From an uncultured delta proteobacterium (GTDB lineage: Bacteria > Myxococcota_A > Polyangia > Polyangiales > Polyangiaceae): a DNA stretch of 64,000 bases. The stretch covers positions 608,001-672,000 of the forward strand of contig CAWJCS010000005.1 in the NCBI GenBank assembly GCA_963841435.1. The letters are read 5' to 3'. Every line of letters begins with the position of its first letter. The stretch's first letter is position 1. A program made the position numbers and the translations under genes. Of this stretch, positions 11,413 to 22,625 are shown piece by piece. Below the pieces are notes generated by a model. It saw nothing but the letters and a program-made list of their open reading frames with translations, was not told where the DNA came from and searched no databases.

Positions 11413-11634
11413 GTTGGCTCGCCACTAGCATCGAGTTGGGCGATCGTGGAAGCACAGAACGCGGGCGGCGCACGCCGCAAAGACACCCGAAACATACCGG
11501 TGAGGCCGGCACCGGTTGGCTCCCTTGCGTGGCGAATCGCCGCTCGCTTCGAGACCTTGCCTTCCAAGAATGCCTACGTCAACGCTAGCACGGCGCCTGC
11601 GACGCTCCACACGTTCCGCTCCGGGCGGATCGAC

Positions 11635-11811
11635 TCAACGCCGACCTTTGAAGTCCATCATGCGCTGGACGGCGGCCTCGCTCTCCTCGCCGACGGCCGC
11701 CTCCTGCTCCGCGCGCTCCGCGCAGTCTTGACAGAGCTTCTTGGTGCGTCCGGAAACGCGAACGCTGACCAGCTCTTCGACCTCGTCACCACACGACTTG
11801 CAGACAGGCAT
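11635..11811 (-). CDS. 58-aa CxxC...CxxC zinc-finger-like protein (absent from the ORF track)
   Basis: Hand translation MPVCKSCGDEVEELVSVRVSGRTKKLCQDCAERAEQEAAVGEESEAAVQRMMDFKGRR; AAGGTG upstream of ATG; directly downstream of the TPR gene. Confidence 0.8.
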   Translation of the reverse strand: MPVCKSCGDEVEELVSVRVSGRTKKLCQDCAERAEQEAAVGEESEAAVQRMMDFKGRR

Positions 11812-11833
11812 GGGGCACCTTGGAACGGGGACG

Positions 11834-12562
11834 CTACGACTGGGGGGGACGCTCCGAGCTCGCCAGGCGGCTGCGCACGACCTTCTGGTACATCTGGGCG
11901 CTCTTGTGGTCGGGATCCTGGGCTAAAACCGTGCCGAATTCGGCATCCGCCGCCTCGAGCTCCCCCGCCGAGAGCAGGGTCACCCCGAGCAGCACCCGCG
12001 CCTGGGCGTAGCCGGGATTGGAGGCACGCGCGAGCTCGAGCTGCTCGCGCGCGCGATCGGGCTGCCCCGTGTCGCGGTAGAGCACGGCGAGGCGCGTGCG
12101 CAGATCGGCAAACTGTGGACACAGCGCGACGGCGCGCTCGAGCTCTGTCACGGCCTCCGCCGCCATGCCTGCGTCTTGGTACGCCTGACTCAGCTCGGCG
12201 TGCATGTTCGCGATCTTGCCCTTCGCGAATGGATCACCCTTGCCGCCGGCGGCACCGCGACTGCGAATGCGCGCGTACACCTCGCGCGCGGAGTCGTACT
12301 TACCGAGGTCGTTGTAAGTGACCATCAGGTTGAGCTGCGCTTCGGTGTAGTTGGGATTGAGAGTCACCGCTCGCTCGAAGTGATCCTCCGCTTGAGTGAA
12401 GTCACCACGGCTGTGCGCCATCACGCCGAGCATGTCGAAGACGTCGGCGAAGCGATCGGTCTGAGCGACCACCTGCTTTAGCAGGTACTCGGCCTTGTCG
12501 TACTCGCGCTTCTGGTAGTGCTCACGCCCCAACAACAAGAGCTGCTTCAGGTGGTCATCCAT
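11834..12562 (-). CDS. Tetratricopeptide repeat protein
   Basis: Repeated ~34-aa helical units (FADVFDMLG...A...F.RA..LNP.Y.EA). Confidence 0.88.
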   Translation of the reverse strand: MDDHLKQLLLLGREHYQKREYDKAEYLLKQVVAQTDRFADVFDMLGVMAHSRGDFTQAEDHFERAVTLNPNYTEAQLNLMVTYNDLGKYDSAREVYARIRSRGAAGGKGDPFAKGKIANMHAELSQAYQDAGMAAEAVTELERAVALCPQFADLRTRLAVLYRDTGQPDRAREQLELARASNPGYAQARVLLGVTLLSAGELEAADAEFGTVLAQDPDHKSAQMYQKVVRSRLASSERPPQS

Positions 12563-12726
12563 GCTCGCAGGGCTCTGCTTTCGGAACGCGCGGGGACGGA
12601 GTGCCACCCGGCGCGCACGGCCGATGATGGCGTTTCAGCGCGTGGTCCACAAGTCGGAAAATCACGACGCTTTGTGTGCCATGGCCGGGATCACGGGTTG
12701 CCATGCACGCCCACCACTGCTACCGG

Positions 12727-14661
12727 ATGGCCGCCGTGGCCTCGCGTCCTACCGACCCGAGCAGCCGCCACGTGGGTAAGATCGTCGATCCCCTGGTGCG
12801 CGAGGACGGTGAGCTCGAGCCGGAGCTGTCGCTCGAGGCACCGCCGCCAGCACCCACCGACGTGGCAGACGAACCCAGCGATTCCCCGGAGCCCGCAGAG
12901 GGACCCGTGCGCGGAGCAGCCCTCCGCGAGCGGCTCCTCGAGCGCGCAGCGACGGCGCGGGACGAGACGACCGGCGGCACCACCGGCGGGGCGCCCACCG
13001 AAGACGACCTCGACGCCATCGGCCGGCGCGCCTTCGACCCGACCGGCAACGAGGGCACGCCGCCGGTGCGCGCGCCGGGAGCACCGAACGGCGCGGGGCG
13101 CTCGTCGCTCTCGCCGACCATCGTCGCGCTGTTCGGCACCCTGATGGGGATGGCGGTGATCGCGTCGGTCACCGCCGTGGCGATGCACGTCGCGCCGCAT
13201 CGCGACGAAGCGGAGGTCGCGAGCACGCAACCGTCGGCGACGCCGCCACCCGTGATCGTGAAGACGGAGCGTTCGAAGCCGAAAAAGCGGGAACGGCATC
13301 GCCTCCCCGGTCCCTGGCGCGTGAGCGAGGGGGCGCACGATCCGGCGCTTCAGCTCGTCGAGGGCAAGATCGGCCGCGAAGCGTTCTTGACGGCCGTGCA
13401 GGAGGCTGGCGTGCCGGCCAAGGAAAGCTACCGCATCGTCACCGCCTTTCGTGGCATCCGCGACTTCGATCACTGCAAGCGATCGGATCGCTTCGTCGCA
13501 CTCTTGGATCGTCAGAGCCAACGGCTCAAGGCGTTCGAGTACATCGTGAGCGCGGAGGAAGTTTATCAAGCGCGCGAAGGCACCGACGGTCTCCTCGCGG
13601 CGGGCAAGCTCGATCTCAAAGTCGAGCGAGCGCCGGTCGCCGGGGCGTTCGTCTACGACGGCAAGAGCCTCGACGACTCTGCCGAGGAGGCGGGCTTCGA
13701 GCGAGGCCTCGGCCGCGTCGTGCTCGCCGCGCTCGACGGACATTCCGCGGCGGAGGAGCTCGAGCGCGGCGACGTGATTCGACTCATCGTGCAGGAAGTC
13801 ACGGTGCTCGGCGACTTCGCGCGTTACGCGGGCGTCGAAGCGCTCGAGCTCAAGCAAAAGGATCGCTCGCTGCGCGTCTACTACCTCGACGTGCCCGGTG
13901 AGCGCGGCTACTACGACGCCAAGGGGCGCTCGCCGCACGAAGGGGGCTGGCGCAAACCCATCCCGGGTGCTCCCATCACGTCGCGCTTCAACCTGAAGCG
14001 TCTTCATCCGATCTTGAAGAAGGTCATGCCGCACCTCGGCACCGATTTCGGCGCGCTCACGGGCACACCAGTCGGCGCCTCGGCGCCGGGCACGGTCATC
14101 TACGTCGGTAACGCAGGGCCGGCAGGCAACCTCGTGAAGATCGCGCACGCCGGCGGCGTCGAGACGGGCTACGCGCATCTTTCTCGGTTCGCCGACGGCC
14201 TCAAGGTCGGCGACAAGGTGCGACGCTTGCAAGTGATCGGTTACGTGGGGTCGACGGGGCGCTCCACGGGGCCGCACCTGCACTTCAGCGCGAGCAAGAA
14301 CAAGGAATTCTTCGACGCGGAGAAGCTCGACCTCGACGGCATGCGCACGCTGGGTGGCGCGCTGCGCGCGACGTTCGACGAGGTGATGGAGAAGTACAAC
14401 CCGCTGCTCGACGCGATCACGCTGCCCGACCCGTTGCCGGAAGAGGCGGCACCCGCGGCGGGCACCGCGGCGCCGAGCGGCGCGCCCGCCCCCGAGCCCG
14501 ACGAGGAGGCGGACGACGACGAAACCGCGGCGCCGCCTGCGCCACTCGCAGCGCCACCAGCAGCGAGCGCCCCGCGTCGCGCGGCCTCGAGCATCTACCT
14601 GACGGACAAGGAGCTGCTCGAGATGCAGCGCGCCACCGACGACGGCGAGAGCAGCCAGTAG
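12727..14661 (+). CDS. M23 family peptidoglycan DD-endopeptidase (MepM-like), membrane anchored
   Basis: HLGTDF, YAHLS, STGRSTGPHLHF; one TM helix after a disordered N-terminus. Start uncertain. Confidence 0.9.
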   Translation: MAAVASRPTDPSSRHVGKIVDPLVREDGELEPELSLEAPPPAPTDVADEPSDSPEPAEGPVRGAALRERLLERAATARDETTGGTTGGAPTEDDLDAIGRRAFDPTGNEGTPPVRAPGAPNGAGRSSLSPTIVALFGTLMGMAVIASVTAVAMHVAPHRDEAEVASTQPSATPPPVIVKTERSKPKKRERHRLPGPWRVSEGAHDPALQLVEGKIGREAFLTAVQEAGVPAKESYRIVTAFRGIRDFDHCKRSDRFVALLDRQSQRLKAFEYIVSAEEVYQAREGTDGLLAAGKLDLKVERAPVAGAFVYDGKSLDDSAEEAGFERGLGRVVLAALDGHSAAEELERGDVIRLIVQEVTVLGDFARYAGVEALELKQKDRSLRVYYLDVPGERGYYDAKGRSPHEGGWRKPIPGAPITSRFNLKRLHPILKKVMPHLGTDFGALTGTPVGASAPGTVIYVGNAGPAGNLVKIAHAGGVETGYAHLSRFADGLKVGDKVRRLQVIGYVGSTGRSTGPHLHFSASKNKEFFDAEKLDLDGMRTLGGALRATFDEVMEKYNPLLDAITLPDPLPEEAAPAAGTAAPSGAPAPEPDEEADDDETAAPPAPLAAPPAASAPRRAASSIYLTDKELLEMQRATDDGESSQ

Positions 14662-14676
14662 CTTGCCGCAGCGAGC

Positions 14677-16282
14677 TCAGCGCGTCGAACGCGGGTGCGA
14701 GCGACTCATCGCGCTCGAACGTCGGCGCGGCCGCGCCCTGAGCCGACAGCACCACGACGAACACGCTGCCGCGCTCCGCGCCGGCCTCGACCCAGACGCG
14801 CCCCCCGTGCGCCTCGGCGATGTGCTTGACGAGCGCGAGCCCGATACCGCTGCCGCGCACCTGGCGCCCGTGCGTGACGCGCCCACGCACGAAGCGCTCG
14901 AAAATTCGCTTACGATCCTCGGCCGCGATGCCGGGGCCCTGGTCGGCCACGCGGATCTGGATCTCGCCGCGCCCATAGCGGACGGCGACCGCAATGCGGC
15001 GACCATCGGCCGCGTACTTGAGGGCGTTGTCGACGAGGTTGATGACGGCAATCTCGATGGCACGCTCGTCGCGGCGGATCGACGGCAGCCCTGGCTGCAC
15101 GTCGAGCTCGATCTCGACGCCCTCCCGCTCGGAGCGCAGGCGACAAGCGTCCACCGCGCGCGCCACCACCTCGCCGATCGGCCCGTGCGTGAAGTCGTAG
15201 GCCTGCCGCCCCCGCTCCACCTTGGCGAAGTCGAGCACGTTCTCGATCAGCGCGGCCAGGCGCTCGCTCTCGCCCACGATGATCTGCAAGTACTGCCGGC
15301 GCTTCTCGTCGCTGTCGACGCGCCCGCTCTGCAAGAGCTCACTGAACATGCGCACGAGCGAAAGCGGCGTCTTGAGCTCGTGCGAAACGTTGGCGACGAA
15401 GTCGCTCTTCAGGTTCGAGAGCTTGCGCTCGCGAGCCGCCGCCACGACGACGACGATGAGACCCAGAATCACGACGAGGCTCGAGAGACCCACGAGCACC
15501 ATTTCGAGCACGCGCCGGCGCTGCACCGCTGCGGCGAGCTCCTCCCCGGACGCCATCGTCACGTTGACGGTCCACTTGTAGAGCGTGGTCTCGAACTGGC
15601 GCCCCAGCGTCATGCCCGTGCGGGCGAGCGGAGGGCCGAACACGATGCGCCCGTCGGCATCGACCACGTTGACGCGGCTCTGCTGTGCGTCGGCGTAGAG
15701 CGTGGGAAAAAGCGCGTGCACGATGCGCGGCACGTCGTGCCACACGACCACCAGGTAGCGGCGGCCTTCGTTTTCGCGTTGCCAGTGGCTGCACAAGTAG
15801 GATTGGCCGCGGCGCACGGCGTGCAGGTGACGTAGCTGATCGTACGGCGGCGCGTCGATCTTCATCTCCGCGAGCAGCGCGCCCACGAGCAGGCGCCGGA
15901 AACGCTCCTCCTCGGGCCCCGGTGCGCGGGACGCGACGGCGACAACGTCGCGCCGCGGCGCCGTCAGATCGATCAGGAAGACGGCTCGCACCGTCGGCGT
16001 CTGCAAGACGGCGTTCTCGAGCCAGCGCGAGCCGAACTGCTCGCGTTCGGTCACGTCGATGCTCGAGCGCACCGCGTTGTCTTGCTCGATGATGTTCTTG
16101 TCCAGACGATCGGCCTTTTCGTTCGCGAGCAAGAGCGTCGCCTCGACCACGGATTGTTCGCGCAGCTTCTCGAGCTGGAAGCTCGAGCGGAACATGACGC
16201 CGGCGAGCACGAGTACCGCGACCACGATCGTGGGCAGCAGCAAGAAGGTGAGCAGCCGTTCGCGTCGCGTCGGGTCGGCCAT
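14677..16282 (-). CDS. Membrane sensor histidine kinase
   Basis: Two TM helices, H-box FVANVSHELKTPL, N-box NLVDNALKY, DQGPGI, GSGIGL. As read the frame runs to 14417; the end given assumes one extra base near 14688. Confidence 0.88.
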
Positions 16283-16285
16283 GGG

Positions 16286-18303
16286 CTACTGCCCGAGCAC
16301 GACTTCCGGATCGAGCACCACGGGTCGCTGCGCGACGAACTCGGCGAACTGCTCGCACACGTACTCCAGGGCGCTCGCCTCGCCCTCGTGGAAGGGCGTG
16401 CCGCCCTGCGGATTCGCGAGCTCGATGAGGCCGAGGTCGCGGCCGCCCTGCCGCGCCGCGCCGCACAGGACCGCCCGCGGCTCGATGCCGATCCGCTCGA
16501 ACGCGTCGGAACGAACCGGCGCGGCGCCGTTCGATGCCAAGCTGCGATGGCGCATGATCTCGCGGATGCGCGGATCGCTATCGGGCGTGCGGTGGAGCAG
16601 CGCGTCGCGTCCCCGCGGGCCCTTGGCACGTATCACGACGAACTCGTGCCGCGCGAGGTCGAAAGCGTGGATGACCGTGCCTTCGCAGGGGATGAGCTCG
16701 GCGAGCACGCGCACGACGTAGTCGGCGCCGGACACGAGGTCGACCATGAAGGAGAGCTCGTGCATGCGCTCGAAAAGGTCGCCGATGAGATCCTCGGACG
16801 GGGCGCGGCGCCGCGCGATGCCGGGGTCCGAACGGCGCGTCGGCGGGTCCGAACGGCGCGTCGGCGGGTCCGAGCGCCGTGCCGGCGGATCGGAACGCTG
16901 GGCGGGGCGCTCCGACGGCCCCGTGGGCGGCGCATCCGCCTCCCGTCCGTCCGCCGGAGGCGCGGCCGGGGGCATGGCGCCCGCCACGCGTGCCGCCTCG
17001 GCCATCTCCGTCGCGGGCAGCGTTGGGGCGAAGCGCGCCGACACGGCGCCGGCGTCGCGCTGGCCCTCGGCTTCGAGGAGTGCCGTCATGGTCGAGTCGG
17101 GCGGCGCCTCGCCGATGGCCACGTGAGGCGCAGATGCCGGCATCGGCTCGCCGAACTCCACGTGCGGCGAGACGACGGCGGCCCGCCGAGCTCCACGTGC
17201 GGCGATGACGACGGCGGCCCGCCGAGCTCCACGTGCGGCGATGACGACGGCGGCGGCTCATCCTGGTCCGCCACGACGACCAGCGTGGGCGCGACGCTCG
17301 GAGGCTGGGGCGCGGCAGGGCCGCCCGGCGGCGGGCTCGTCGAAGGCGCCGGCACGGGGGCCTTGGACACGCTCGGCGACGAAGATGCCGCAGGGCTCGG
17401 CGGAACGCTCTTTCCGACGGAGACCACCGGGATGGGCTTGACCGATCCGGGGCGCATCGGCGCGACACTCGGTGACGCCTGAGTGGCGGGGGCAACCGAC
17501 GAGAGCGCTGCGGGCTCGCGCCGTGGCTCTGCCGCCGAGGGCCCGCTCGGTCCCGCGCTCGGTGCGTGAGCGGGCGGCGGCGACGACGCAAGCGGCATCC
17601 AGCTCGGGGCCCGACTCGACGACAGCGGCGACGGCCGCGGCGCCTCCGACGGCGAAGCGAACCCGGGAAACGCGAGAGCTGGCTCGCCGCGCCATTCCTT
17701 CCACATCAGCGTGGCGAGCGGCGGCCGCACGGGGCGCTTGATGAACATGTGATCGAAAACCGCAATCTGCACGTACCGCTTCGCTTCGGTCGGCATCGCC
17801 GCCTTCGCGTCTGCCAGCCGAGCGAAAAGCAGCTCCTCGACCTCTTCTTTCGTGGCACCCGGCTTCACCGCGAGCGCAAGCTCGCGATAGGCGATGGGAT
17901 CGCCCTCGGGTCGCTCGTCTCGGTGCCGGATCACCTGCGCATCGAGGGGCCGGGGGGCGTTGCTCGTCGCCTTCGGCGGCGCGCTCGACGCGGCCGCTTT
18001 TCTGGGCTCGGCGGGCAGCGCGACCTCGACGGGCGGCGGGCGCGTCGAGAGCATCACCTGCGACCCTTCGGTGAGCGGCATGTCGGGTGGCGCTTCAGTC
18101 ACCACGTAACGAACGTGCAGGGTCGGATCGACGGCGCGATAGCCGTGATCGAGCAGCTCGATGGTGAGCTTCGGCAACGCCCCGGAGTCTCCCCGGAGCC
18201 GCCGCGCCTCCTGGAGCGCGGACTGCCAGCGCCTGGCTTCTATGCAATAGCGCTCCGAGGCGGCTTCTTCGCCAGCGCGGGAGACCTCAACGAGCCAGTG
18301 CAT
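16286..18303 (-). CDS. Protein with unknown N-terminal domains, long Ser/Pro-rich linker and C-terminal GAF domain; split by a 1-nt deletion near 17170
   Basis: ORFs 17086..18411 and 16286..17161 join when the 35-nt repeat copy is restored to 36 nt; the C-terminus GLIELANPQGGTPFHEGE..ALEYVCEQFA is GAF-like. Confidence 0.75.
16824..16900. repeat. Intragenic 21-bp tandem repeat (about 3.7 copies) encoding RRSDPP(T/A)
   Basis: GGGTCCGAACGGCGCGTCGGC twice exactly, then two degenerate copies. Confidence 0.9.
17111..17256. repeat. Intragenic 36-bp tandem repeat encoding PPSSSPHVELGG
   Basis: GCCGAGCTCCACGTGCGGCGATGACGACGGCGGC(CC) twice, one 35-nt copy lacking a T, one diverged copy. Confidence 0.9.
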
Positions 18304-18409
18304 CGTAGATTTTTCCCCCACCGAGCGCGGGGCACGCAAGTAGAGCGCCTCTCCACCCCCGGGGCAAGCTGCTGCCGGCTTCGCCATGATAAACGGGGAT
18401 GGCCCCGGC

Positions 18410-20581
18410 ATGCCAGCAACGCCGCCGAAACTCGAGCTCCTCCGCCGCCGGTTCGGTCGCCTTGCGCAGTGGGAGCCAGCCCTCTACGCCTTCGTCGCCG
18501 GGGTGGCCACGCTGTACGTCGCCACGCGCTTCGCCGGGTCGGCGCGCCTGCAGACGCTCTACGCGACGTACTGGTCCAGCCCGGAGCTCTTCCGTGAAGC
18601 CGCCGAGCGGCGCGTCGGCCCCTGGTCGGCACCGCTCGACGACGTCTTCATTCATTTCGATTTCGCCCGGTCGGCCGCACGTGGCCACCCGTTCGAATGG
18701 TGCTCGGGCAACGGCTATTCGAGCGGTGCAACGAGCCTTTTGTACCCTTTCGTGCTCGCAATCGGTCACCTATCTGGCTTCCGTGGCCTCGAGCTCATGG
18801 AGTGGGCCTCGATCGTCGCGTGCGTGACCGTGTTCGCGCTGCTGCTCGCGGCCCGCCGGGCGTTCCGCGGCCTACCGCGCTTCACGAGTTACCTGTTGCC
18901 CGCGTCACTGCTCGGGATTGGAGCCCTGGCCTGGTCGCTCTTCAGTGGCATGGAAATCGGTTTCTTCCTCTGCCTCTGGGGGGGTGCGTTTGTTTCGTGG
19001 GATGCTCTCGGGGAGGGGGCAGCCGACGCCCCGGCGCGCTCGCTCTGGCTCACCGCCGCGGCGCTCGGCGCGTGGGGCGCCGCCCTCGTCGCGACGCGAC
19101 CCGAGGCGCTCGGGACCGTGCTCGTCTTCGCGGGCACGAGCTTCTTCCGCCTCCGCTCGCGTGGGCCCAAGGTGTCGCTCGGCGCCTCGGCGCTCGTGGT
19201 CGTTCCGGCCGTCGGCGTCATCGCAGCCATGGCGCTGGCGAACCTGTTCTTGACGGGTGACGCGGCGGCGGCGGGTGCGATCGCGAAGCTCGAGGTTTAT
19301 CATCCGTATCTCACGGCGAGGGAAAAGTGGGACCTCTGGTGGTTCTTCCTCGGGTACCAGGCGCTGCGCATCACGCAGCAGCACCTCGAATCGATTCCCG
19401 TCATCGGCTGGCTGGTGTGGGTGTTCGGGGCGGCGGCGCTCTTGTTTCGCGAGACCCGCCGCGTCGCGGTGCTGCTCTGGGGCAGCGTGCTCGCCTGGGC
19501 GATGACGGTCGCCTTCAACGGGCAGGTACGCTGGCAAAACGAGCGCTACGTCATGCCGGCCGTCGCTTGGTTGATGATGGTGGCGACGCTCGGGGCGTCG
19601 GCCTGCCTTGCGCGAGGCTTGAAGCGCCCACTGAGGTGGCCGGCCGTGGCGCTCGCGACCGTCACGACCGTGGCCGTGGTCGCGTTCGCATGGCAGGCCG
19701 TCGCGAACTTCCGTTTCCAGGTCTGGTACTTCGGCCGCGCATCGCGCAACATCTACGATCAGCACGTCAGCGTGGGCCGCATGCTCCACGACGGCCCGCG
19801 CCCTCCCCCGCTCGTGATGGTCGGCGACGCGGGCGCCATCCCGTACATGAGCGACGGGCCGACGCTCGACATGATCGGTCTCGGTGGCTACAGGGGGCTG
19901 CCCTTCGCGCGAGCCACGCGCGCGAACGTGGCCGCCGCCGTCGAGCTCATCGAGCACCTCCCGAGCGCCGAGCGCCCGAAGCTGCTCGCGCTCTATCCCT
20001 CGTGGTGGGACGAGTTCCCGCTGTGGTTCGGCAGCCGCGTCGGCGAGGTTCCGGCGCGGGGCAACGTCATCTGTGGGGCGCCGAGCAAGGTCATCTACCG
20101 CGCCGAATGGGGCCCGCTCGAGGGCAGCAGCACCCCGTTTCGCCTTGCAGAAGGTGAGCGCATCGTCGCGGAGTTCGACTGGGCCGACGTGATGAGCGAG
20201 CGCGCAGCGCACTACCAGCGCTTCCCCGCGCGCGCCGGCCGCGTGGCCCCCAAGCTGCTGCCACATCCGGACCACCCCGAACGCGACGTCTTCGACGCCG
20301 GACGCAACACGCCCGAAGGCCACCGCGAGCGCTTCGTCATGGAGGGCATCCTGCCCGACCGCCCACTCCGACTGGTGTTTCGTGCGGCACCCGTCGCGAA
20401 CGTGACCGTCCCGGTCAGCGTCGACGGCCAACCGGTGGGGATGCTGCAGCTGCCGCGCACCGACGGCTGGTTCGAGGCGAGCATCGAGGTAAAGCGACGC
20501 GTTGCAGCGCGGATCACCGTGGACCTCGGTCCGTCGGGCGAGCGCGTGCTCTATCACGCTTGGGCCCTGCAGAGGCCCTGA
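18410..20581 (+). CDS. Multi-TM GT-C-fold glycosyltransferase-like protein
   Basis: First-loop DDVFIHFDFARS...SSGATSLLYP motif, SGME, TRPE, RYVMPA; many TM helices and a soluble C-terminal domain. Confidence 0.7.
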   Translation: MPATPPKLELLRRRFGRLAQWEPALYAFVAGVATLYVATRFAGSARLQTLYATYWSSPELFREAAERRVGPWSAPLDDVFIHFDFARSAARGHPFEWCSGNGYSSGATSLLYPFVLAIGHLSGFRGLELMEWASIVACVTVFALLLAARRAFRGLPRFTSYLLPASLLGIGALAWSLFSGMEIGFFLCLWGGAFVSWDALGEGAADAPARSLWLTAAALGAWGAALVATRPEALGTVLVFAGTSFFRLRSRGPKVSLGASALVVVPAVGVIAAMALANLFLTGDAAAAGAIAKLEVYHPYLTAREKWDLWWFFLGYQALRITQQHLESIPVIGWLVWVFGAAALLFRETRRVAVLLWGSVLAWAMTVAFNGQVRWQNERYVMPAVAWLMMVATLGASACLARGLKRPLRWPAVALATVTTVAVVAFAWQAVANFRFQVWYFGRASRNIYDQHVSVGRMLHDGPRPPPLVMVGDAGAIPYMSDGPTLDMIGLGGYRGLPFARATRANVAAAVELIEHLPSAERPKLLALYPSWWDEFPLWFGSRVGEVPARGNVICGAPSKVIYRAEWGPLEGSSTPFRLAEGERIVAEFDWADVMSERAAHYQRFPARAGRVAPKLLPHPDHPERDVFDAGRNTPEGHRERFVMEGILPDRPLRLVFRAAPVANVTVPVSVDGQPVGMLQLPRTDGWFEASIEVKRRVAARITVDLGPSGERVLYHAWALQRP

Positions 20582-22552
20582 TGCCGGGCCCCTACGCGAC
20601 GCTCGGCCCGAGCTCGGACCCGGTCGGGCTCGCGACGCTGGTGCTCGGGGGCGTCGCGCTCGGCGTCGCCTTCGGCTGGCGGCGCGTCGGGGCGCGCGCC
20701 GGCGCCGTCTCGAGCCGCGTGATTGTCGGGGCGCTCGCGCTCGGTGCCGCAGCGCTCTCGCTCGGGTACGTTGCTCACTTCTTGCGCGGAGGGCCGCGCA
20801 TCATCGACGCCACGAGCTACTACCTCGAGGGGCACGCGCTCGCACAGGGACACTTCGCCTTTCCGGTCGCGCTGCCGAGCGCCGCGTTCCGCGGCCGCTT
20901 TTCGCTCTACCAGGACGGCGCGCTCTCCGTGATCTTTCCGCCCGGCTATCCGCTCGCGCTCGCCGCCGGATTCGTCGTGGGCGCGCCGCTCGTCGTGGGG
21001 CCGGTGCTCGGCGCGCTCCTGGTTTTTGCCACCTACCACGTCGCACGCGACCTTTTCGACGACGAGGCGGCGGCGCGACTCGCGGCCACGTGCTCGCTGC
21101 TGTCGGCCGCGCTCCGCTACCACACGGCGGACACGATGGCCCACGGCTTGAGCGCGCTCCTGCTCATCGTGACACTGGGCTCGGCGCTCGGCGCGGGTCG
21201 GCCGCGCGCAGTGCTTGCGGGGCTCGCCGCGGGCTGGCTCATGGCGACGCGGCCGCTCAGCGGGCTCGTCGCCATCGCGATCGCGCTCGCGGCGGTGGGG
21301 CGGCGGCGTGGCGATCGAGCCGCGCGGCTTTTCGGCTTCGCGCTCGCCGTACTGCCGGGCGTCGCGCTGCTCGTCACCCACCAGGTCGCAGCGACGGGCT
21401 CGTTCTTCGCGTCGACCCAGCGCACCTACTACGCGCTCGCCGACGGCCCACCCGGGTGCTTCGCCTGGGGGCTCGGTCAAGTCGGCTGCCACTTCGAGCA
21501 CGGTGACGTCATCCAGCGCGACTTCCCCGACGGCTTCGGGCTCGCGGCCGCTGCCAAGGTCACGCTGATGCGGCTCGTCCTACACGCGACCGACTTGGTA
21601 AATTTCGCGCCGCTCGCGCTGCTCGTGCCTTGGGTCGCGTACCGGCACCGCCGGGTGCCGGGCGTGCTCTGGCTCGCCGGCACGGGGCTCGCCATCGTGG
21701 TCGCGTACGCCTTCTTCTACTATCCGGGAAGCTACCCCGGAGCTGGAGCTCGGCTTTTGGCCGACGCACTGCCCCTCGAGCACGTGTTGCTTGGCCTGGC
21801 CCTCGCGCGGCTCGGAGTCGGTCGTTTCCTCCCGGCGCTCGCCCTTCTCGGCTTCGCGCTCCACGGCGTGCACGCCCACGTCGCGCTGCGGGATCGCGAC
21901 GGGGGCCGCCCGATGTTCGAGCCCGCGGTGCTGCGAAAGGCTGGGATCGAGCGCGGGCTCGTTTTCGTAGACACAGACCACGCCTTCGCCCTCGGCCACG
22001 ACCCGGCGATTCTCGACCCGAGGCACGGCATCCTCGTGGCTCGCCACCATGGAGACGCTCACGACGCTGCCCTGTTCCGCGCCTTCGGCGAGCCGCCGAC
22101 GTATCGCTACTCGTTCTCCGCGCTCACGGGACACACCTCCGTCGCCGGCTACCGGCCCGGTGCCGACCCCTTTCGCGAGGAAGCCGAGGCCGAGTGGCCA
22201 GCCCTCGGCGTGGCGGAGGGATGGGCACACCCGGACTTCTCCCCCTGCCTCTCGGGCGGGCGCGGCCTCCGGCTGCACGCGGCGCCCGCAGCCGACGTTC
22301 GAGCTCGAGCTCGTGTCGCCCGGGAGCCAGGAGCAGGACCTCGTTCTCGGCTGGGCGGCCGACCCAGGTGCCACGCTCGTTGCGTCCGTGGGAGGCCGCC
22401 AAGCAACCGTTTCGGCGCCGACCGGAGGCTGCCGCCGCTCCGCGCTCTTCGCGATCCGCGTGCCCCCGGGAACGCGCATCCGTCTGAGGACCCGAGAAGA
22501 CGTCGTTCTTGACTACCTGGAGCTGTCCCGCGCAGAATCGAAAAAGCGTTGA
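20581..22552 (+). CDS. Second GT-C-fold (PMT/ArnT-like) glycosyltransferase-like membrane protein; frameshift near 22298
   Basis: IIDATSYY loop, FPPGYP, ATRP, GAGAR motifs; TGATG coupling to the upstream gene; the C-terminus continues in the 22049..22552 frame (ELELVSP...VVLDYLEL). Confidence 0.7.
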
Positions 22553-22577
22553 CAGTTCAGCGCTTAGGTCTGAGCAT
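22549..22577 (+). promoter_or_regulatory. Putative sigma70-type promoter for the IHF/HU gene
   Basis: TTGACA-17 nt-GAGCAT, about 50 nt upstream of the ATG. Confidence 0.5.
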
Positions 22578-22625
22578 GAGTGCTCCCAGTGGGTCGCGAG
22601 GGCTCTTTAGGGAAGGCGTAGCTGG

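Noticed and set aside
14417-14676. Real 245-nt convergent overlap of the histidine kinase and M23 genes
   Set aside because: The extension is Arg-rich shadow sequence; one base removal gives a stop at 14677.
17111-17256. 36-bp repeats as a CRISPR array
   Set aside because: Head-to-tail with no spacers, in-frame within a CDS, no cas genes.
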